Shown in pieces: positions 30,167 to 42,654 of a stretch of DNA of 64,000 nt. The notes under the pieces were generated by a model that did not search any database, was not told the origin of the DNA, and worked only from the letters and a program-made list of their open reading frames with translations. The position numbers and the translations under genes are program-made. This DNA is from Nostoc sp. DedSLP01 (GTDB lineage: Bacteria; Cyanobacteriota; Cyanobacteriia; Cyanobacteriales; Nostocaceae). Position 1 is the stretch's first letter, and each line of letters starts with the position of its first letter. The stretch lies in contig JAVRCJ020000013.1 in NCBI GenBank assembly GCA_034530875.2, positions 64,001-128,000 of the forward strand. The letters are read 5' to 3'.

Positions 30167-30498
30167 AATTCCTCTATTTCGATTTCTTTAATTTTGAGTT
30201 CTTCACCAGATACTAAATGTAATTCCACGCTACCGCAATTACAGCTACCAAATGGTTTATCCAAATAAATTTCTGCACCGCATTGCTGACATCGCGCTAA
30301 ACCGGGAATTTCCAAAATTTCTAATGTTGCCCCTTGTAAAACTGTGCCTTGAGTGCAAATATCGAAACAAAATCGAATAGCATCGGGCATAATAGCTGAA
30401 AGTTTGCCAATTTCTAAGGAAACTCGTTGTACTTTTGCACCTTTGGCGTGTTCTGCTACAATTGCTACGATATTTTGGGTAATTCCTAGTTCATGCAT
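30157..30498 (-). CDS. hypA: Hydrogenase maturation Ni metallochaperone
   Basis: MHELG start, CxxC and CxC. Confidence 0.96.
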   Translation of the reverse strand: MHELGITQNIVAIVAEHAKGAKVQRVSLEIGKLSAIMPDAIRFCFDICTQGTVLQGATLEILEIPGLARCQQCGAEIYLDKPFGSCNCGSVELHLVSGEELKIKEIEIEELCV

Positions 30499-30518
30499 AT
30501 AAAAAAGTATCTTAAAGA

Positions 30519-31565
30519 TTAACAAATTCGTGGCAATTGATCGCCTACTAACATATCAACAATACGTTCGGCACCAAAAATTGTTTTTAACAATACAATA
30601 CCTGGAGGTGAACTTATTACTTCCCCAATAATAGAAGCATCTTTTCCTGCGGGATGCGATTTCATAGCTGATAAGATAGATTCGGCATATTCTTTTTTTG
30701 CCACTACAACTAACTTACCTTCGTTAGCTAGATAAAATGGATCTAAACCTAAAATTTCGCAAAAACCTTTTACCTCTTCACGCACTGGAATAGATTCTTC
30801 GTAGAGACGAATTCCCACATTGGAACTAACAGCAAATTCATTCAAAACTGTTGCTAAACCTCCGCGTGTTGCGTCCCGCATTGCATGAACTTGGGGACAG
30901 ACATTGAGGATAGTTTGTACTAAATCATGCAACGGCTGACAGTCACTTTCAATATTAGTTTCTAAAGCTAATTCTCCACGGGCAATTAAAATTGCTGCCC
31001 CATGATTACCTAATTCACCATTAATAATTACAGCATCGCCAGGTTGAATATTGTGGGCAGAGATGTTGATTCCTTGCGGGATGATACCAATACCAGCAGT
31101 ATTAATAAATAGTTTATCAGCAGCACCGCGATGTACAACTTTTGTGTCGCCAGTGACAATTTGAACGCCAGCTTTTGTTGCGGCTGCTTTCATACTGGCT
31201 ACAATGCATCGCAATGTTTCTACTGGTAATCCTTCTTCTAAAATAACGCTACAAGTTAAATATAAAGGTTTAGCGCCGCTGACGGCTAAATCATTAATTG
31301 TGCCGTTAATGGCTAATTCTCCGATATCGCTACCGGGAAAAAATAAAGGATCTACAGTATATGAATCTGTGGTAAAAGCGAGTCTGTCTCCTTGTTGTAA
31401 AAGTGGGGCTAAATTGAAGGTTGCTTGGTCTTCTAATTGGGAGAGAATTGGGTTATTAAAAGTATTAACAAAGATGTCGTCAATTAAATCGCGCATGGCT
31501 TTACCACCGCTACCATGTGCGAGAGTTATGTGAGTGTCTTGGATTTTATGGTGACGGAAGTGCAT
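30519..31565 (-). CDS. hypE: Hydrogenase maturation carbamoyl dehydratase
   Basis: HGSGG, FTTDSY, C-terminal LPRIC. Confidence 0.97.
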   Translation of the reverse strand: MHFRHHKIQDTHITLAHGSGGKAMRDLIDDIFVNTFNNPILSQLEDQATFNLAPLLQQGDRLAFTTDSYTVDPLFFPGSDIGELAINGTINDLAVSGAKPLYLTCSVILEEGLPVETLRCIVASMKAAATKAGVQIVTGDTKVVHRGAADKLFINTAGIGIIPQGINISAHNIQPGDAVIINGELGNHGAAILIARGELALETNIESDCQPLHDLVQTILNVCPQVHAMRDATRGGLATVLNEFAVSSNVGIRLYEESIPVREEVKGFCEILGLDPFYLANEGKLVVVAKKEYAESILSAMKSHPAGKDASIIGEVISSPPGIVLLKTIFGAERIVDMLVGDQLPRIC

Positions 31566-31612
31566 TATTGTAGGTGTTTTTTGAGGAGGATATCACCCAG
31601 AGACGCAGAGGA

Positions 31613-31655
31613 GGACACTTCCGTGGGCGGGTTTCCCGACTTGAGGAAAGTGTCC
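31613..31655. repeat. Small palindromic dispersed repeat inserted in a CGCAGAG tract
   Basis: GGACACTT...AAGTGTCC ends with an inner CGGG/CCCG hairpin. Confidence 0.6.
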
Positions 31656-31682
31656 GTCGCGCAAAGAGGGAATTGAGGAGTT

Positions 31683-31898
31683 TTATTTGCCTTTTTCTTC
31701 GTGTCTACCACTGTGTTTGTCGGAATGTAGTTGGCCTCCGACTGCCCAGTTTTCGCGTTCAAATTCATCGATGTGAATGGTTATCCATTCTGGTTTGGAG
31801 TTTAAGGTGGAGACAAGGGCATCGGTGATGGCTTTAACTAGTTGGCGCTTTTTTTCGATTGAGTGTCCTTTGGCAATTTGAACTGTAATAAATGGCAT
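31683..31898 (-). CDS. 4-oxalocrotonate tautomerase-family protein
   Basis: MP start (catalytic Pro1), ENWAVGG; lies between hypD and hypE. Confidence 0.88.
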   Translation of the reverse strand: MPFITVQIAKGHSIEKKRQLVKAITDALVSTLNSKPEWITIHIDEFERENWAVGGQLHSDKHSGRHEEKGK

Positions 31899-31929
31899 GG
31901 AAGTTACTCTCAAATGGTATAGTTTAGGA

Positions 31930-33114
31930 CTAGTCTAAAGAGAAACCACAGGCGGGGAGAGGTTCTTGGGTTATGGTTATTTTTGGTTTTTCAGCTATTA
32001 GTTTTTTAGACATTGTAGAGAGGCGTCCATATTTGTAATAGGCTGCACAAGCACCTTCAGAAGATACCATACAAGTGCCAATTGGTGTTTCGGGCGTGCA
32101 AGCTGTACCAAATACTTTACATTCCCAAGGTTTTAATACGCCTTTGAGAATTTCTCCACATTTACATGCTTTATGGTCGGCTACTTTCACGTTAGGAATG
32201 GTAAATTTAAGTTCGGCATCAAATTGAGCATATTCAGGTTGAATTTTTAATCCTGAATAGGGAATATCGCCTAAACCGCGCCACTCGAAAGTATCTCTTA
32301 CAGCAAACACTTTATTGATGGCTTCTAGTGCTACTTTATTCCCAGCTTTTTGGGCAATTCGATTATATTGATTTTCAACTTGGCAACGATTTTCTACTAG
32401 CTGTCGCAACAGCATCCAAATTGATTGAAGAATATCTAAAGGTTCAAACCCAGAAACGACAATTGGTTTATTATATTGTTGGGAAATAAATTCATAAGGG
32501 TCAGTACCAATTACCATGCTGACATGACCAGGCCCGACAAATCCATCGAGTTGTAAATCGGGATTATTTAATAATGTTTTGAGAGCGGGAATCACAAGGA
32601 CATGGTTGCAAAACATACTGAAGTTAGCAATTCCTTCAGTTGCGGCTTGCAGAATAGTGAAGGCGGTACTGGGGGCTGTGGTTTCAAAACCTAAAGCGAA
32701 GAAAATTACTTCTTTGTCGGAGTTATCTTTAGCAATTTGTAAGCTATCTAGGGGAGAGTACACCATACGGATGTCTGCGCCTTGTGCCCTGACTTGGAGT
32801 AAACTTGTTTTAGAACCAGGAACTCGCATGGCGTCGCCAAATGTGGCGAAGATGACGTTAGGATTTTGAGAGATAGCGATCGCATCATCTAATCTCCCCT
32901 TTGGCATAACGCATACCGGACAACCAGGCCCGTGAATTAATTCAATGCGATCGGGTAAAATTTCTTCAATACCATATTTAAATATAGAGTGAGTATGCCC
33001 GCCACATACTTCCATAATTTTGAGAGGTTTTTCTATTTCTTCACACAATTTTGTAATTTCCCGGCATAACGCTTCAGCTTTTTCTCTCTCGCGGAATTCA
33101 TCAACATATTTCAT
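31930..33114 (-). CDS. hypD: Hydrogenase formation protein HypD
   Basis: CGGHT, GPGCPVC, GFETT, PGHVS motifs. Confidence 0.97.
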   Translation of the reverse strand: MKYVDEFREREKAEALCREITKLCEEIEKPLKIMEVCGGHTHSIFKYGIEEILPDRIELIHGPGCPVCVMPKGRLDDAIAISQNPNVIFATFGDAMRVPGSKTSLLQVRAQGADIRMVYSPLDSLQIAKDNSDKEVIFFALGFETTAPSTAFTILQAATEGIANFSMFCNHVLVIPALKTLLNNPDLQLDGFVGPGHVSMVIGTDPYEFISQQYNKPIVVSGFEPLDILQSIWMLLRQLVENRCQVENQYNRIAQKAGNKVALEAINKVFAVRDTFEWRGLGDIPYSGLKIQPEYAQFDAELKFTIPNVKVADHKACKCGEILKGVLKPWECKVFGTACTPETPIGTCMVSSEGACAAYYKYGRLSTMSKKLIAEKPKITITQEPLPACGFSLD

Positions 33115-33240
33115 AGGAATAGAACCATAGTTTGTTTTAAACGAACCGCAAATGAACAAAAGAACTGAGTTTTAAAACTAATAAAATTCTCTTTTTTCTC
33201 TCTGCGCCTCTGCGCCTCTGCGTGAGAAAACTCTCTCCCT

Positions 33241-33501
33241 TCAATTCCTAATCTCCACCTGTGCTGCTGCTAACTCTTGCAACAACTCTAACGTTTCTGC
33301 TGCTTCTTCCTCATTAATTCGATTCATCGCAAAGCCAACATGCACTAACACCCAATCTCCAACACAAGCTTCAGCCGGATGTTCTTCATCAACGATGCAA
33401 GCAATATTTACTTCGCGCTTCACACCACCAACATCAACAATAGCTAACTTATGATTAACGTTGGTAATTTCAACAATTTGACCGGGAATTCCTAAACACA
33501 T
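33241..33501 (-). CDS. hypC: Hydrogenase chaperone HypC
   Basis: MCLGIPG and LVHVGFA motifs. Confidence 0.97.
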   Translation of the reverse strand: MCLGIPGQIVEITNVNHKLAIVDVGGVKREVNIACIVDEEHPAEACVGDWVLVHVGFAMNRINEEEAAETLELLQELAAAQVEIRN

Positions 33502-33535
33502 TTTTAACTTCTTTGCGCCTTTACGTGAATTAAAT

Positions 33536-35908
33536 TTATCTTCTTAATTGTGCCACTGTAATAACTGCTTGTCCTAAAGATAACCCGCCATCATTAGCTG
33601 GAATTAAGCTGTGAGTCAATACTTTTATCCTCACCGTTTCTAATGATTTACTAACTAGCTCTAACAATACACAATTTTGAAATACTCCTCCTGTTAAAAC
33701 AACATGATGAATTACATTTTCTTGACAAAGAAGTTTAACCATTTCCACAATTGCATTAGCTAAACCTTTGTGAAATTTAGCAGCTATAACCGCTTTAGGA
33801 ATTTGTTGCTGCAAGTCATGAAGTAAAGCTTGCCACATTGGACGCGGGTCTATACAATAAATACTATCTAAAAAGCTAAATTTAAAAGGATATATTGGCA
33901 TTTCTTTATTATTATTTAAGCTGTTAATATTGACTAAAGCTTCCATTGCGATCGCTGCTTGTCCTTCATAGCTACATTCATCTCTATAAATACCGATAGC
34001 CGCCGCCACCGCATCGAACAACCTCCCCACTGAAGAAGCTGGAGGACAGTTAATTTTTTTCTCAATCAGTTGATTAACTAGCTTAATTGGCTTATTTTTC
34101 AAAAATTGAACTATTTCTAAATCAGCATACATTTCTTGGCAATCATCCCAAAGATTAGCAGCTATTAATTGGGCATAAGTATTACGCCAAGGCTGATATA
34201 TTGCTTGTTCGCCGCCAATCATCGCCACTGGTTTAAATCTTGCCAATCTCTGAAATTTTCGGTAATTTGCTAACAGAAATTCTCCACCCCACAGATTACC
34301 ATCTTCACCATAACCCAAACCATCTAAAGCAATACCTAATACTGGAGGCGAATCTAGAGGAATATTATTTTCCGCCATACAAGCAGCAATGTGCGCGTGA
34401 TGATGTTGAATTGGGTTAATTGTAATTTGATTTTTATCAGCGATTTTCTTCCCAATTTTACTTGAAAGATATTCAGGATGTTTATCGATCGCAATTATTT
34501 CTGGTTCGCGTTCAAATAAATTTAAATATAAACTCAAAGTTTCTTTATAGCTAGAAAAAGCCGCACCATTTTCTAAATTTCCCAGATGTTGCGAAAGAAT
34601 TGCTTCTTTTTCTCGCAACAAACAAAAAGTATTTTTTAACTCACTACCCATTGCTAAAATTGGCGGCACATTCTCAAATCCCGGCGGTAAACTAATCGCT
34701 GCTGGTGCGTATCCTCTAGCACGCCGAATTGTTTGAACTTTCTCGCCAACAACCCGCACCACCGAATCATCTACTCTATTAATAATATCCCGATTATGGA
34801 AAAGGAAATAATCAGCTATTGCCCCTAAATTCTGCCTAGCTTCATCATTATCAATACATTGCGGTTCATCAGCAATATTACCACTAGTTAAAACAATTGG
34901 CCGATTCATTCGTCGCAAAATTAAATGATGTAACGGCGTATAAGGTAGCATAAAACCAAGACTATTTTGCCCTGGTGCAACCGAAACCGCAATCTGAAAA
35001 TTCTGAGGAAAATTGTTCCCCGCGTCCCCGTGTGCCTTCCTCTCCAATAAAACAATAGGTGCAGCAGGACTTGTTAATAATTCTTTTTCCTTAATATTTA
35101 CAGTACAATACCGTTCAATTACTTCAATATCCCGTGCCATTAAAGCAAAAGGTTTATGATAGCGTCTTTTGCGATATCGCAATTTTTTTACAGCAATTTC
35201 TTGAGTTGCATCGCAAGCTAAATGAAAACCACCTAAACCTTTAATTGCGACAATTTCACCTCTTTGCAATAGGGTACAAACCGCATCAACGTCATCTAAC
35301 ATCGAAAACATGGAAGCAGTAACCGCTTTCCCATCTGCGCGTTCTAACCAAGCCGAAGCACCACAAGCATGGCAAGCTACTGGTTGGGCGTGAAAACGGC
35401 GATTTTCTACATCAAAGTATTCCTTTGCACATTCGGAACACATGACAAACGCAGACATACTGGTATTGCATCTGTCATAAGGAATGGCACGAATAATACT
35501 CAACCGAGGGCCGCAATGAGTACAGTTAGTAAAAGGGTAACGGTAAAAGCGGCTAAAAGGGTCAAATATTTCTTTCTGACATTCCGGACAAGTCGCTGCA
35601 TCAGGAGCAATTTCTGTTTTAATTGCACTATTGACGCTAGTAGAAATCACAAAATTATCAACGTCCAATTCACCTACGTAAGGAGTTCTTATTAATTCAC
35701 TAATTTTGGCTAAGGGCGGACATTCTATTTGCAATTTATTAACGAATTCTGTTATCGCTTGTTCACTACCAGATACGCGAATTAAAACACCTTCGCCATC
35801 ATTACAAACATCTCCACCCAAACCGCAAACTTTAGCAAGACGATATACAGTAGGACGAAATCCTACTCCCTGAACAGTACCATGAACTCTAATTTCTTCA
35901 GCCACCAT
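33536..35908 (-). CDS. hypF: Carbamoyltransferase HypF
   Basis: VQGVGFRP acylphosphatase domain, zinc fingers, QHHHAH, PANDGG. Confidence 0.97.
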   Translation of the reverse strand: MVAEEIRVHGTVQGVGFRPTVYRLAKVCGLGGDVCNDGEGVLIRVSGSEQAITEFVNKLQIECPPLAKISELIRTPYVGELDVDNFVISTSVNSAIKTEIAPDAATCPECQKEIFDPFSRFYRYPFTNCTHCGPRLSIIRAIPYDRCNTSMSAFVMCSECAKEYFDVENRRFHAQPVACHACGASAWLERADGKAVTASMFSMLDDVDAVCTLLQRGEIVAIKGLGGFHLACDATQEIAVKKLRYRKRRYHKPFALMARDIEVIERYCTVNIKEKELLTSPAAPIVLLERKAHGDAGNNFPQNFQIAVSVAPGQNSLGFMLPYTPLHHLILRRMNRPIVLTSGNIADEPQCIDNDEARQNLGAIADYFLFHNRDIINRVDDSVVRVVGEKVQTIRRARGYAPAAISLPPGFENVPPILAMGSELKNTFCLLREKEAILSQHLGNLENGAAFSSYKETLSLYLNLFEREPEIIAIDKHPEYLSSKIGKKIADKNQITINPIQHHHAHIAACMAENNIPLDSPPVLGIALDGLGYGEDGNLWGGEFLLANYRKFQRLARFKPVAMIGGEQAIYQPWRNTYAQLIAANLWDDCQEMYADLEIVQFLKNKPIKLVNQLIEKKINCPPASSVGRLFDAVAAAIGIYRDECSYEGQAAIAMEALVNINSLNNNKEMPIYPFKFSFLDSIYCIDPRPMWQALLHDLQQQIPKAVIAAKFHKGLANAIVEMVKLLCQENVIHHVVLTGGVFQNCVLLELVSKSLETVRIKVLTHSLIPANDGGLSLGQAVITVAQLRR

Positions 35909-35940
35909 ATAAATCTGACTTTTAAAAATTACGAATTACG

Positions 35941-35962
35941 TTAGCGCAGCGGGGCGTAGCCC
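35941..35962. repeat. Small dispersed repeat inserted in a TTACGAA heptamer tract
   Basis: TTAGCGCAGCGGGGCGTAGCCC interrupts (TTACGAA)n. Confidence 0.6.
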
Positions 35963-35970
35963 ATTACGAA

Positions 35971-37182
35971 TTACGAATTATTAAACTGCCACAGCAAAAT
36001 TCGATTATTTCCAGAATCAGCTATTACTGCCGTCTTGCCACAAAATTTTATGCTGTAACACCAATTTAAACTATCTCGTTTTGGTAGCCCAAAATCACGA
36101 TTTTCACTTTTACTTTGAAAATTATTTTGTCCGGTAATGGCATCTGCCGTTGCACCTTGCAATAATAAAATTGACTCTGGCTTTCTCCATCGTAACAACC
36201 GAGAATTTGCAGTATCCGCAACTACTAACCAATCTCCAGCTACACCCACACCATAAGGCATACTCAAGCTACTAGCACTAGGATAATAAACTCCTTGATT
36301 CATTTCCACACTATTAAAGTTTTTCTGCCCTAAAACTACTGCACAAGGAGTATTATTTTCTATCGGTATTCCTTGCCAAATCATAACGCGGTTATTGCCG
36401 GCATCGCTGATAACTAAATTTTCTCCCCAAAAAGTAATATCATGACACCAACGCATACTCGCCGCAGTTGGAGAACCACCGCCGTTTTCATTGCGAGATA
36501 TCATATCTGGCTGTCCCAAAACTATATCAGCAGGTTGGCCATTTTCTGTTGGTAATTGATGCCAAATTAATACCCTGCGATTTCCTGTATCAGCAACAAA
36601 TAGCCGTCCTTGATGATAGAAAATACCATAAGGCCAGTGCATTGTACTAGCAGATGCTTGTTGAGTTCCTCTATTTGGTTCGTTATCAATAAAATTAACT
36701 TGACCTAATACTAAATCTGCTGGTACATTACTGTCTTCTGGTAAATTTTTCCAAATCAAAACTCGATGATTCCAAGCATCTGCTACAGCTAAACCTTCGC
36801 CACAGCTACAAACTCCAGTTGGTACATTTAAAGTATTTCTTCCTGTCGCACCTTTAGCATTTTGCCCTTCATGATAAAAGTCAGGTTGCCCAATTACCCA
36901 ATCAGCCGCTTGACTATCTTTTGTCGGTAAATTCCGCCATCCCAACAATCGATGATGTCCTGTATCTGACACCCATAATAAACCATTTGAGAACAAACAA
37001 GCACCACGAGGCCCAAACATTGTAGTCGGAGTGGGTGCTACAGGCATCACTAATTGTTCTGCTTCAAGAATATTCCCTAAAATTACCTCTGCCCCCTGAG
37101 GTGAAAAAGGTAACTTTTGAGGAGTTGCTGTTGTTTCTGGCGGTAATGGTGGTGTCGGATGAATTGTAATTGGGATATCCAT
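35971..37182 (-). CDS. NHL-repeat beta-propeller protein (hyp-associated)
   Basis: Repeated VADTGNxRVLxW...ADxVLGQ units. Confidence 0.88.
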   Translation of the reverse strand: MDIPITIHPTPPLPPETTATPQKLPFSPQGAEVILGNILEAEQLVMPVAPTPTTMFGPRGACLFSNGLLWVSDTGHHRLLGWRNLPTKDSQAADWVIGQPDFYHEGQNAKGATGRNTLNVPTGVCSCGEGLAVADAWNHRVLIWKNLPEDSNVPADLVLGQVNFIDNEPNRGTQQASASTMHWPYGIFYHQGRLFVADTGNRRVLIWHQLPTENGQPADIVLGQPDMISRNENGGGSPTAASMRWCHDITFWGENLVISDAGNNRVMIWQGIPIENNTPCAVVLGQKNFNSVEMNQGVYYPSASSLSMPYGVGVAGDWLVVADTANSRLLRWRKPESILLLQGATADAITGQNNFQSKSENRDFGLPKRDSLNWCYSIKFCGKTAVIADSGNNRILLWQFNNS

Positions 37183-37445
37183 GAAGCGTAAATAGAGGGT
37201 GATAAATATTTAAAATCATTAATTTTTAAAAGCATGTAGCAACAGTAACATTTTAATAAAATTGTTAAAACTCAAGGTGTCGAAACAAGATAAAATAAAA
37301 GCAATTAAATTTATTTTTGGATAAATGCGATCGCATCCATATTTCAGTTTAAAGTCAAGAGTCAAAAGTCTAGGCTTTACCCTCTACTTTTGACTGATTT
37401 CAACCTATAAGAACAAAAATATGACACTTGTAAATACTAGATGCG

Positions 37446-38294
37446 TCAAAATTTTTGCAGTTTCACAAAAATCTTATCACCTTTAATGTTGACTGGATAT
37501 GACTGAAGCGAAATATCAGGTACAGTCAAACATTTTCCTGTCTCTAAATTATACTCAAATCCATGAGAAGGGCAAGTAATAATACCATTTTCAACCTTAC
37601 CGTCTTCTAAAGGATTTCCTAAATGAGCGCAAGCATTACGGTAACATTTAAACGTAACACCTTGGCGATATAAAATTAGCGAAGTACCAGCAAGTTGTAC
37701 TGTTAACACGCCCAATTGGGTAACTTGTTCGATAGTTGCTACTTTTACCCAACTAGAAGTTAACTGCGAAGAAAATGGACTGATGAAATTAGAATTTGCA
37801 GTTTTAAGAGTAGAGTCATGATTGACAGTGACAACTTTCGTAATTTCAGGACAATGGTTTTTAATGGCTTGTTCTACTCCCTGAGATAAAGTTAAAGTAG
37901 AAGCCGGACAACTGCTGCAAGTTCCTATTAATTTAACTTCTACTGTATCCGGTGGTTTAATTGCCACTAATTCTACATCTCCGTCATGGCTTTTTAAGCC
38001 TGGGCGAACTTCTTCAAGGGCAGCTTGAATGCGCTGTTCTAGTGCTGGTTTTGGCGGTTTAACTAATTCGTGATAAAGCAATACTGCATATACTACTTCA
38101 TCGCTAACAGCATGACGCAAAGCTGGCATTGATTCTTCTTTGAGACTTTTAATCAAATTAGTCAATGCTACTTTATGCAAAGCTTCAATTGCTCTTTTTA
38201 AACCTACTGCTACACACCTTTGGCTTTCATCCCACTCGGATATAATTGCCTCAAAGCGGTTAATTTCCCGAACTAATTCTTCAAGGTTAGACAT
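37446..38294 (-). CDS. NifU-C / Rieske fusion protein (hyp-associated)
   Basis: HDGDVEL..GTCSSC; Rieske CAH...CPSHG. Confidence 0.9.
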   Translation of the reverse strand: MSNLEELVREINRFEAIISEWDESQRCVAVGLKRAIEALHKVALTNLIKSLKEESMPALRHAVSDEVVYAVLLYHELVKPPKPALEQRIQAALEEVRPGLKSHDGDVELVAIKPPDTVEVKLIGTCSSCPASTLTLSQGVEQAIKNHCPEITKVVTVNHDSTLKTANSNFISPFSSQLTSSWVKVATIEQVTQLGVLTVQLAGTSLILYRQGVTFKCYRNACAHLGNPLEDGKVENGIITCPSHGFEYNLETGKCLTVPDISLQSYPVNIKGDKIFVKLQKF

Positions 38295-38379
38295 AGAATG
38301 TGGGGCATAGTGCATTGGGCATTGGTTATTTAGAAATTTCTAATGACCAATGACCAATAACTAATGACAAATATACAAC

Positions 38380-38604
38380 TCACTTAGTTTTGAAATCTTT
38401 GAGGAGAAATGGGGTAATTATTCCTGTCGCTAAGCTAGATATTGTTATTGGTAAGCAGAAAGGAAGTTCTGTTTGTGCAAATAACACTAGCAGTAGCGAA
38501 CCTACAGCACTAGCAATAGCAGTTTGTTGGAAAAAATATATAGGGTCGCGCAGTAGCTTTCCTTTCAAGAATAATTTAGCAGAATACCAGCCAAGTTGTA
38601 ACAT
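38380..38604 (-). CDS. Small membrane protein (hyp-associated)
   Basis: 74 aa, two hydrophobic helices, AGGAGG SD. Confidence 0.75.
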   Translation of the reverse strand: MLQLGWYSAKLFLKGKLLRDPIYFFQQTAIASAVGSLLLVLFAQTELPFCLPITISSLATGIITPFLLKDFKTK

Positions 38605-38612
38605 ATTTCCTC

Positions 38613-38879
38613 CTAAGAACTAGTTAAAAAATTGAGTATGGCTAGCCCTATAACAATGGCAGGAATTACGCCAGCAGGAGCAAATAAAGCACCAAGCATG
38701 GCTGAAAACTGATAGCCTATGTCTTTACCTGCTAATAGCATCCCGCCAATAGCACCGCCAATCATAGATAAAACTGTTGCTGTAACTAGCCAGACAAATT
38801 CTGTTGCAATGTTCAGTTTACCTGCTGCTAAATTTGTAAGGAAATCTCCTGTAGTAATGGTTAGCAATATATCTTGCAT
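38613..38879 (-). CDS. Small membrane protein (hyp-associated)
   Basis: 88 aa, Gly-rich TM helices. Confidence 0.75.
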   Translation of the reverse strand: MQDILLTITTGDFLTNLAAGKLNIATEFVWLVTATVLSMIGGAIGGMLLAGKDIGYQFSAMLGALFAPAGVIPAIVIGLAILNFLTSS

Positions 38880-38972
38880 CCTCTATTTTCCTGTAGGCTT
38901 GAGTTGGGGGGTTGAAGGTTAGAAGTGAAGAGTTAAGTTAGATAAAAATTCATAACTTCTAGCTCATAACTC

Positions 38973-39941
38973 CTAACTATTAATTTCTAATTGCACCTCT
39001 TGTAATGCTTTGGCTACTATTTCAGCTTGTTCGATTTGCTGATATTTAGTAAATATTTCTAAAGCTTGCTGATAGTATGCACGCGCTTGTAATAGGTTTT
39101 TATGATTACCTGCCTCTGGTTTTTCTGGGTCATCGAGTAAGTTAAATAAGGCGTTAGCTTTGTTGGAAATTGTGTTGGCGTACTCTAGGGGCGTATCTTT
39201 GGAATTACGCACTTTTAAAGCTTCGTCATAAGCCGCGATCGCTCTTAAGTTATTCTCCACAGGATGGGAACTTACTAAATATTGCAAAGCGTTACCCAAA
39301 TTATTTTGCAACATCGCATATTCTCTAGGATGGTCAATCAGATTAATATGCTTTAGTGCCGTCTCAAATGATTGCACTGCTAGCCCTTGACGCAAGTATT
39401 CCCGTTCCGATGCTAAGGGCATGGAAAGATAAGCGATCGCAATATTATTGTATAAAATAGCATATTCTTGTGGGTAATCCTGCCAAGTAAATACCTGCAA
39501 AGCTTGATGATAAGCTTGGATACTATCAGTTATCCTCGCTAAATTATACGGCACAAGTGACTGTAACACTAGCCCGAAATTCATCTGTGCTTCTGCCAAT
39601 TCCTCTGGCGAAGCTAATTGTTGTAAAACTGGTATCGCTTCTTCATAACCGGCTTTCGCTTCCACTAGCAGTTGCGTGCTAACATCCGGTATTGCCTGTA
39701 ACGTTCCTGCCATCCCCACTTGCGCCCTGGCTTTCAGTAGGGGATACTCCTCACCAGACATTTCATAAGCCCGGTAATATAAGCTAACTGCATTCCGCAA
39801 ATCTTGTGCTGTTTTGGGCTTTTTTTGAAAGCCTTGTGCAATCTCAATCAGCATTTGAATTTTTTCATCTGCTGAAGCTGACTCCGACGCAACAGCCGCG
39901 ATCGCAGCCTTCACCGCTGAATCTGTAATGCTAGGGGTCAT
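38973..39941 (-). CDS. TPR protein heading the hyp transcription unit
   Basis: PxEYAxxxNN TPR repeats; divergent from hupS. Confidence 0.85.
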   Translation of the reverse strand: MTPSITDSAVKAAIAAVASESASADEKIQMLIEIAQGFQKKPKTAQDLRNAVSLYYRAYEMSGEEYPLLKARAQVGMAGTLQAIPDVSTQLLVEAKAGYEEAIPVLQQLASPEELAEAQMNFGLVLQSLVPYNLARITDSIQAYHQALQVFTWQDYPQEYAILYNNIAIAYLSMPLASEREYLRQGLAVQSFETALKHINLIDHPREYAMLQNNLGNALQYLVSSHPVENNLRAIAAYDEALKVRNSKDTPLEYANTISNKANALFNLLDDPEKPEAGNHKNLLQARAYYQQALEIFTKYQQIEQAEIVAKALQEVQLEINS

Positions 39942-40299
39942 AACTCTGCCATACTCTAGCCAATTAGAATTTGAGTCTCTTGACACCCACAAATGATTAA
40001 GACACTATGAATCGCATCTCATCACGGGCCATACTGATTTACGCAGGCTTCGAGTCCTTTTGGCGGAATTCCCCATAGAATGAGGGACTGGGGATTGGGG
40101 AGATTATAAAAAAGAAAAAGCTTCTCACTCTTCCCGACGCCCAATACCCAATCTCTAAAATATAAAACATCCTATTTCTGAAATTCTAGGGGGGAATTGC
40201 CAATATTAATGTCAGTTTTAAACACCTGATATTTGGAAAATATTTTTTGTATCATCACAAGACATAATCAAAATATTCTTTATATAGCAGTCCTAAAAA

Positions 40300-40332
40300 A
40301 GATCCCCGACTTCTTCAATAAGTCGGGGATCT
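40300..40332. repeat. Palindromic dispersed repeat
   Basis: AGATCCCCGACTT-CTTCAAT-AAGTCGGGGATCT. Confidence 0.7.
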
Positions 40333-40804
40333 GAGCCTCTTGACAATCTATTGAGAAGGCAGTCCCAATGAAACAAGTTTTACCATCAAGCATGAAAGTA
40401 TCTTTCTACCTCTGCCTCCCCTGCTCAATAACTGCTTTTTCAAGTCAGGAGGCAGAAGGTTTTATTTTTATTTTTAGGATTTTTTTATTTGTCAAGGATT
40501 TTACATAAATTCCAAAAATAATAGTTTAAATTAACTTTGATGGAATCTCTGCCAATGTTAATAATTAATTCTTTTTTAATAAAAAAGAGTTGAATCAAAA
40601 AATACCTTATGTTGAAAAATAAATATAAAGAAACAAGTGACACTCTACAAGTTCCATCGCCTACATGATGCATCATCAACAGTGCTGAGTAGGAAGTAGG
40701 GAGTGAGTAAAATCGGGTAAATGAGGAAGTAGGGGAAAAACTTCGTAACTCCTAAATTAGAACTTAGCACTGAGTCTGGTAAACAATAGAAAAATATATA
40801 GCCG

Positions 40805-41767
<963 letters not shown>

Positions 41768-41905
41768 TCATTAGTAGAGACGCGATTAATCGCGTCTGTA
41801 CAATAGTCATTTGTCCTTTGTCATTTGTGAAAAACCAATGACCCGACCGATGACTGATGACCGATGACCAAAGACCAATGACCAATGACTAAGGACTAAT
41901 GACAA
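41768..41905. repeat. hupS-hupL intergenic inverted heptamer (STRR) arrays with a REP-like palindrome
   Basis: GTCATTT-type repeats followed by complementary CCAATGA-type repeats. Confidence 0.8.
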
Positions 41906-42416
<511 letters not shown>

Positions 42417-42619
42417 AAATAAATTGAGGAATTGCTTATATAGTAAGGATTTTCCAGGATAGGTGTAATGATTCCCTGGCTTTTCCTTAAATTAGGGGAT
42501 AAACCCACCGCGAACTACATCATAAGCAAAGATAGCAAGCAGCAAATCCATTTATTTTTCTCTGCTAAAAGTTATTTGATTTTCTCAGATATTACCTAAT
42601 TTTTCCCTAATTTAGATTA

Positions 42620-42654
42620 GCGATGTCTAGCGACAAGCCGCTCCGCGTCTACGC
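42620..42654. repeat. SDR5-like variant in HIP1 (27-nt insert)
   Basis: GCGAT|GTCTAGCGACAAGCCGCTCCGCGTCTA|CGC. Confidence 0.7.

Noticed and set aside
40230..40804. NtcA site for hupS
   Set aside because: I found no convincing GTA-N8-TAC by eye; a PWM scan is needed.
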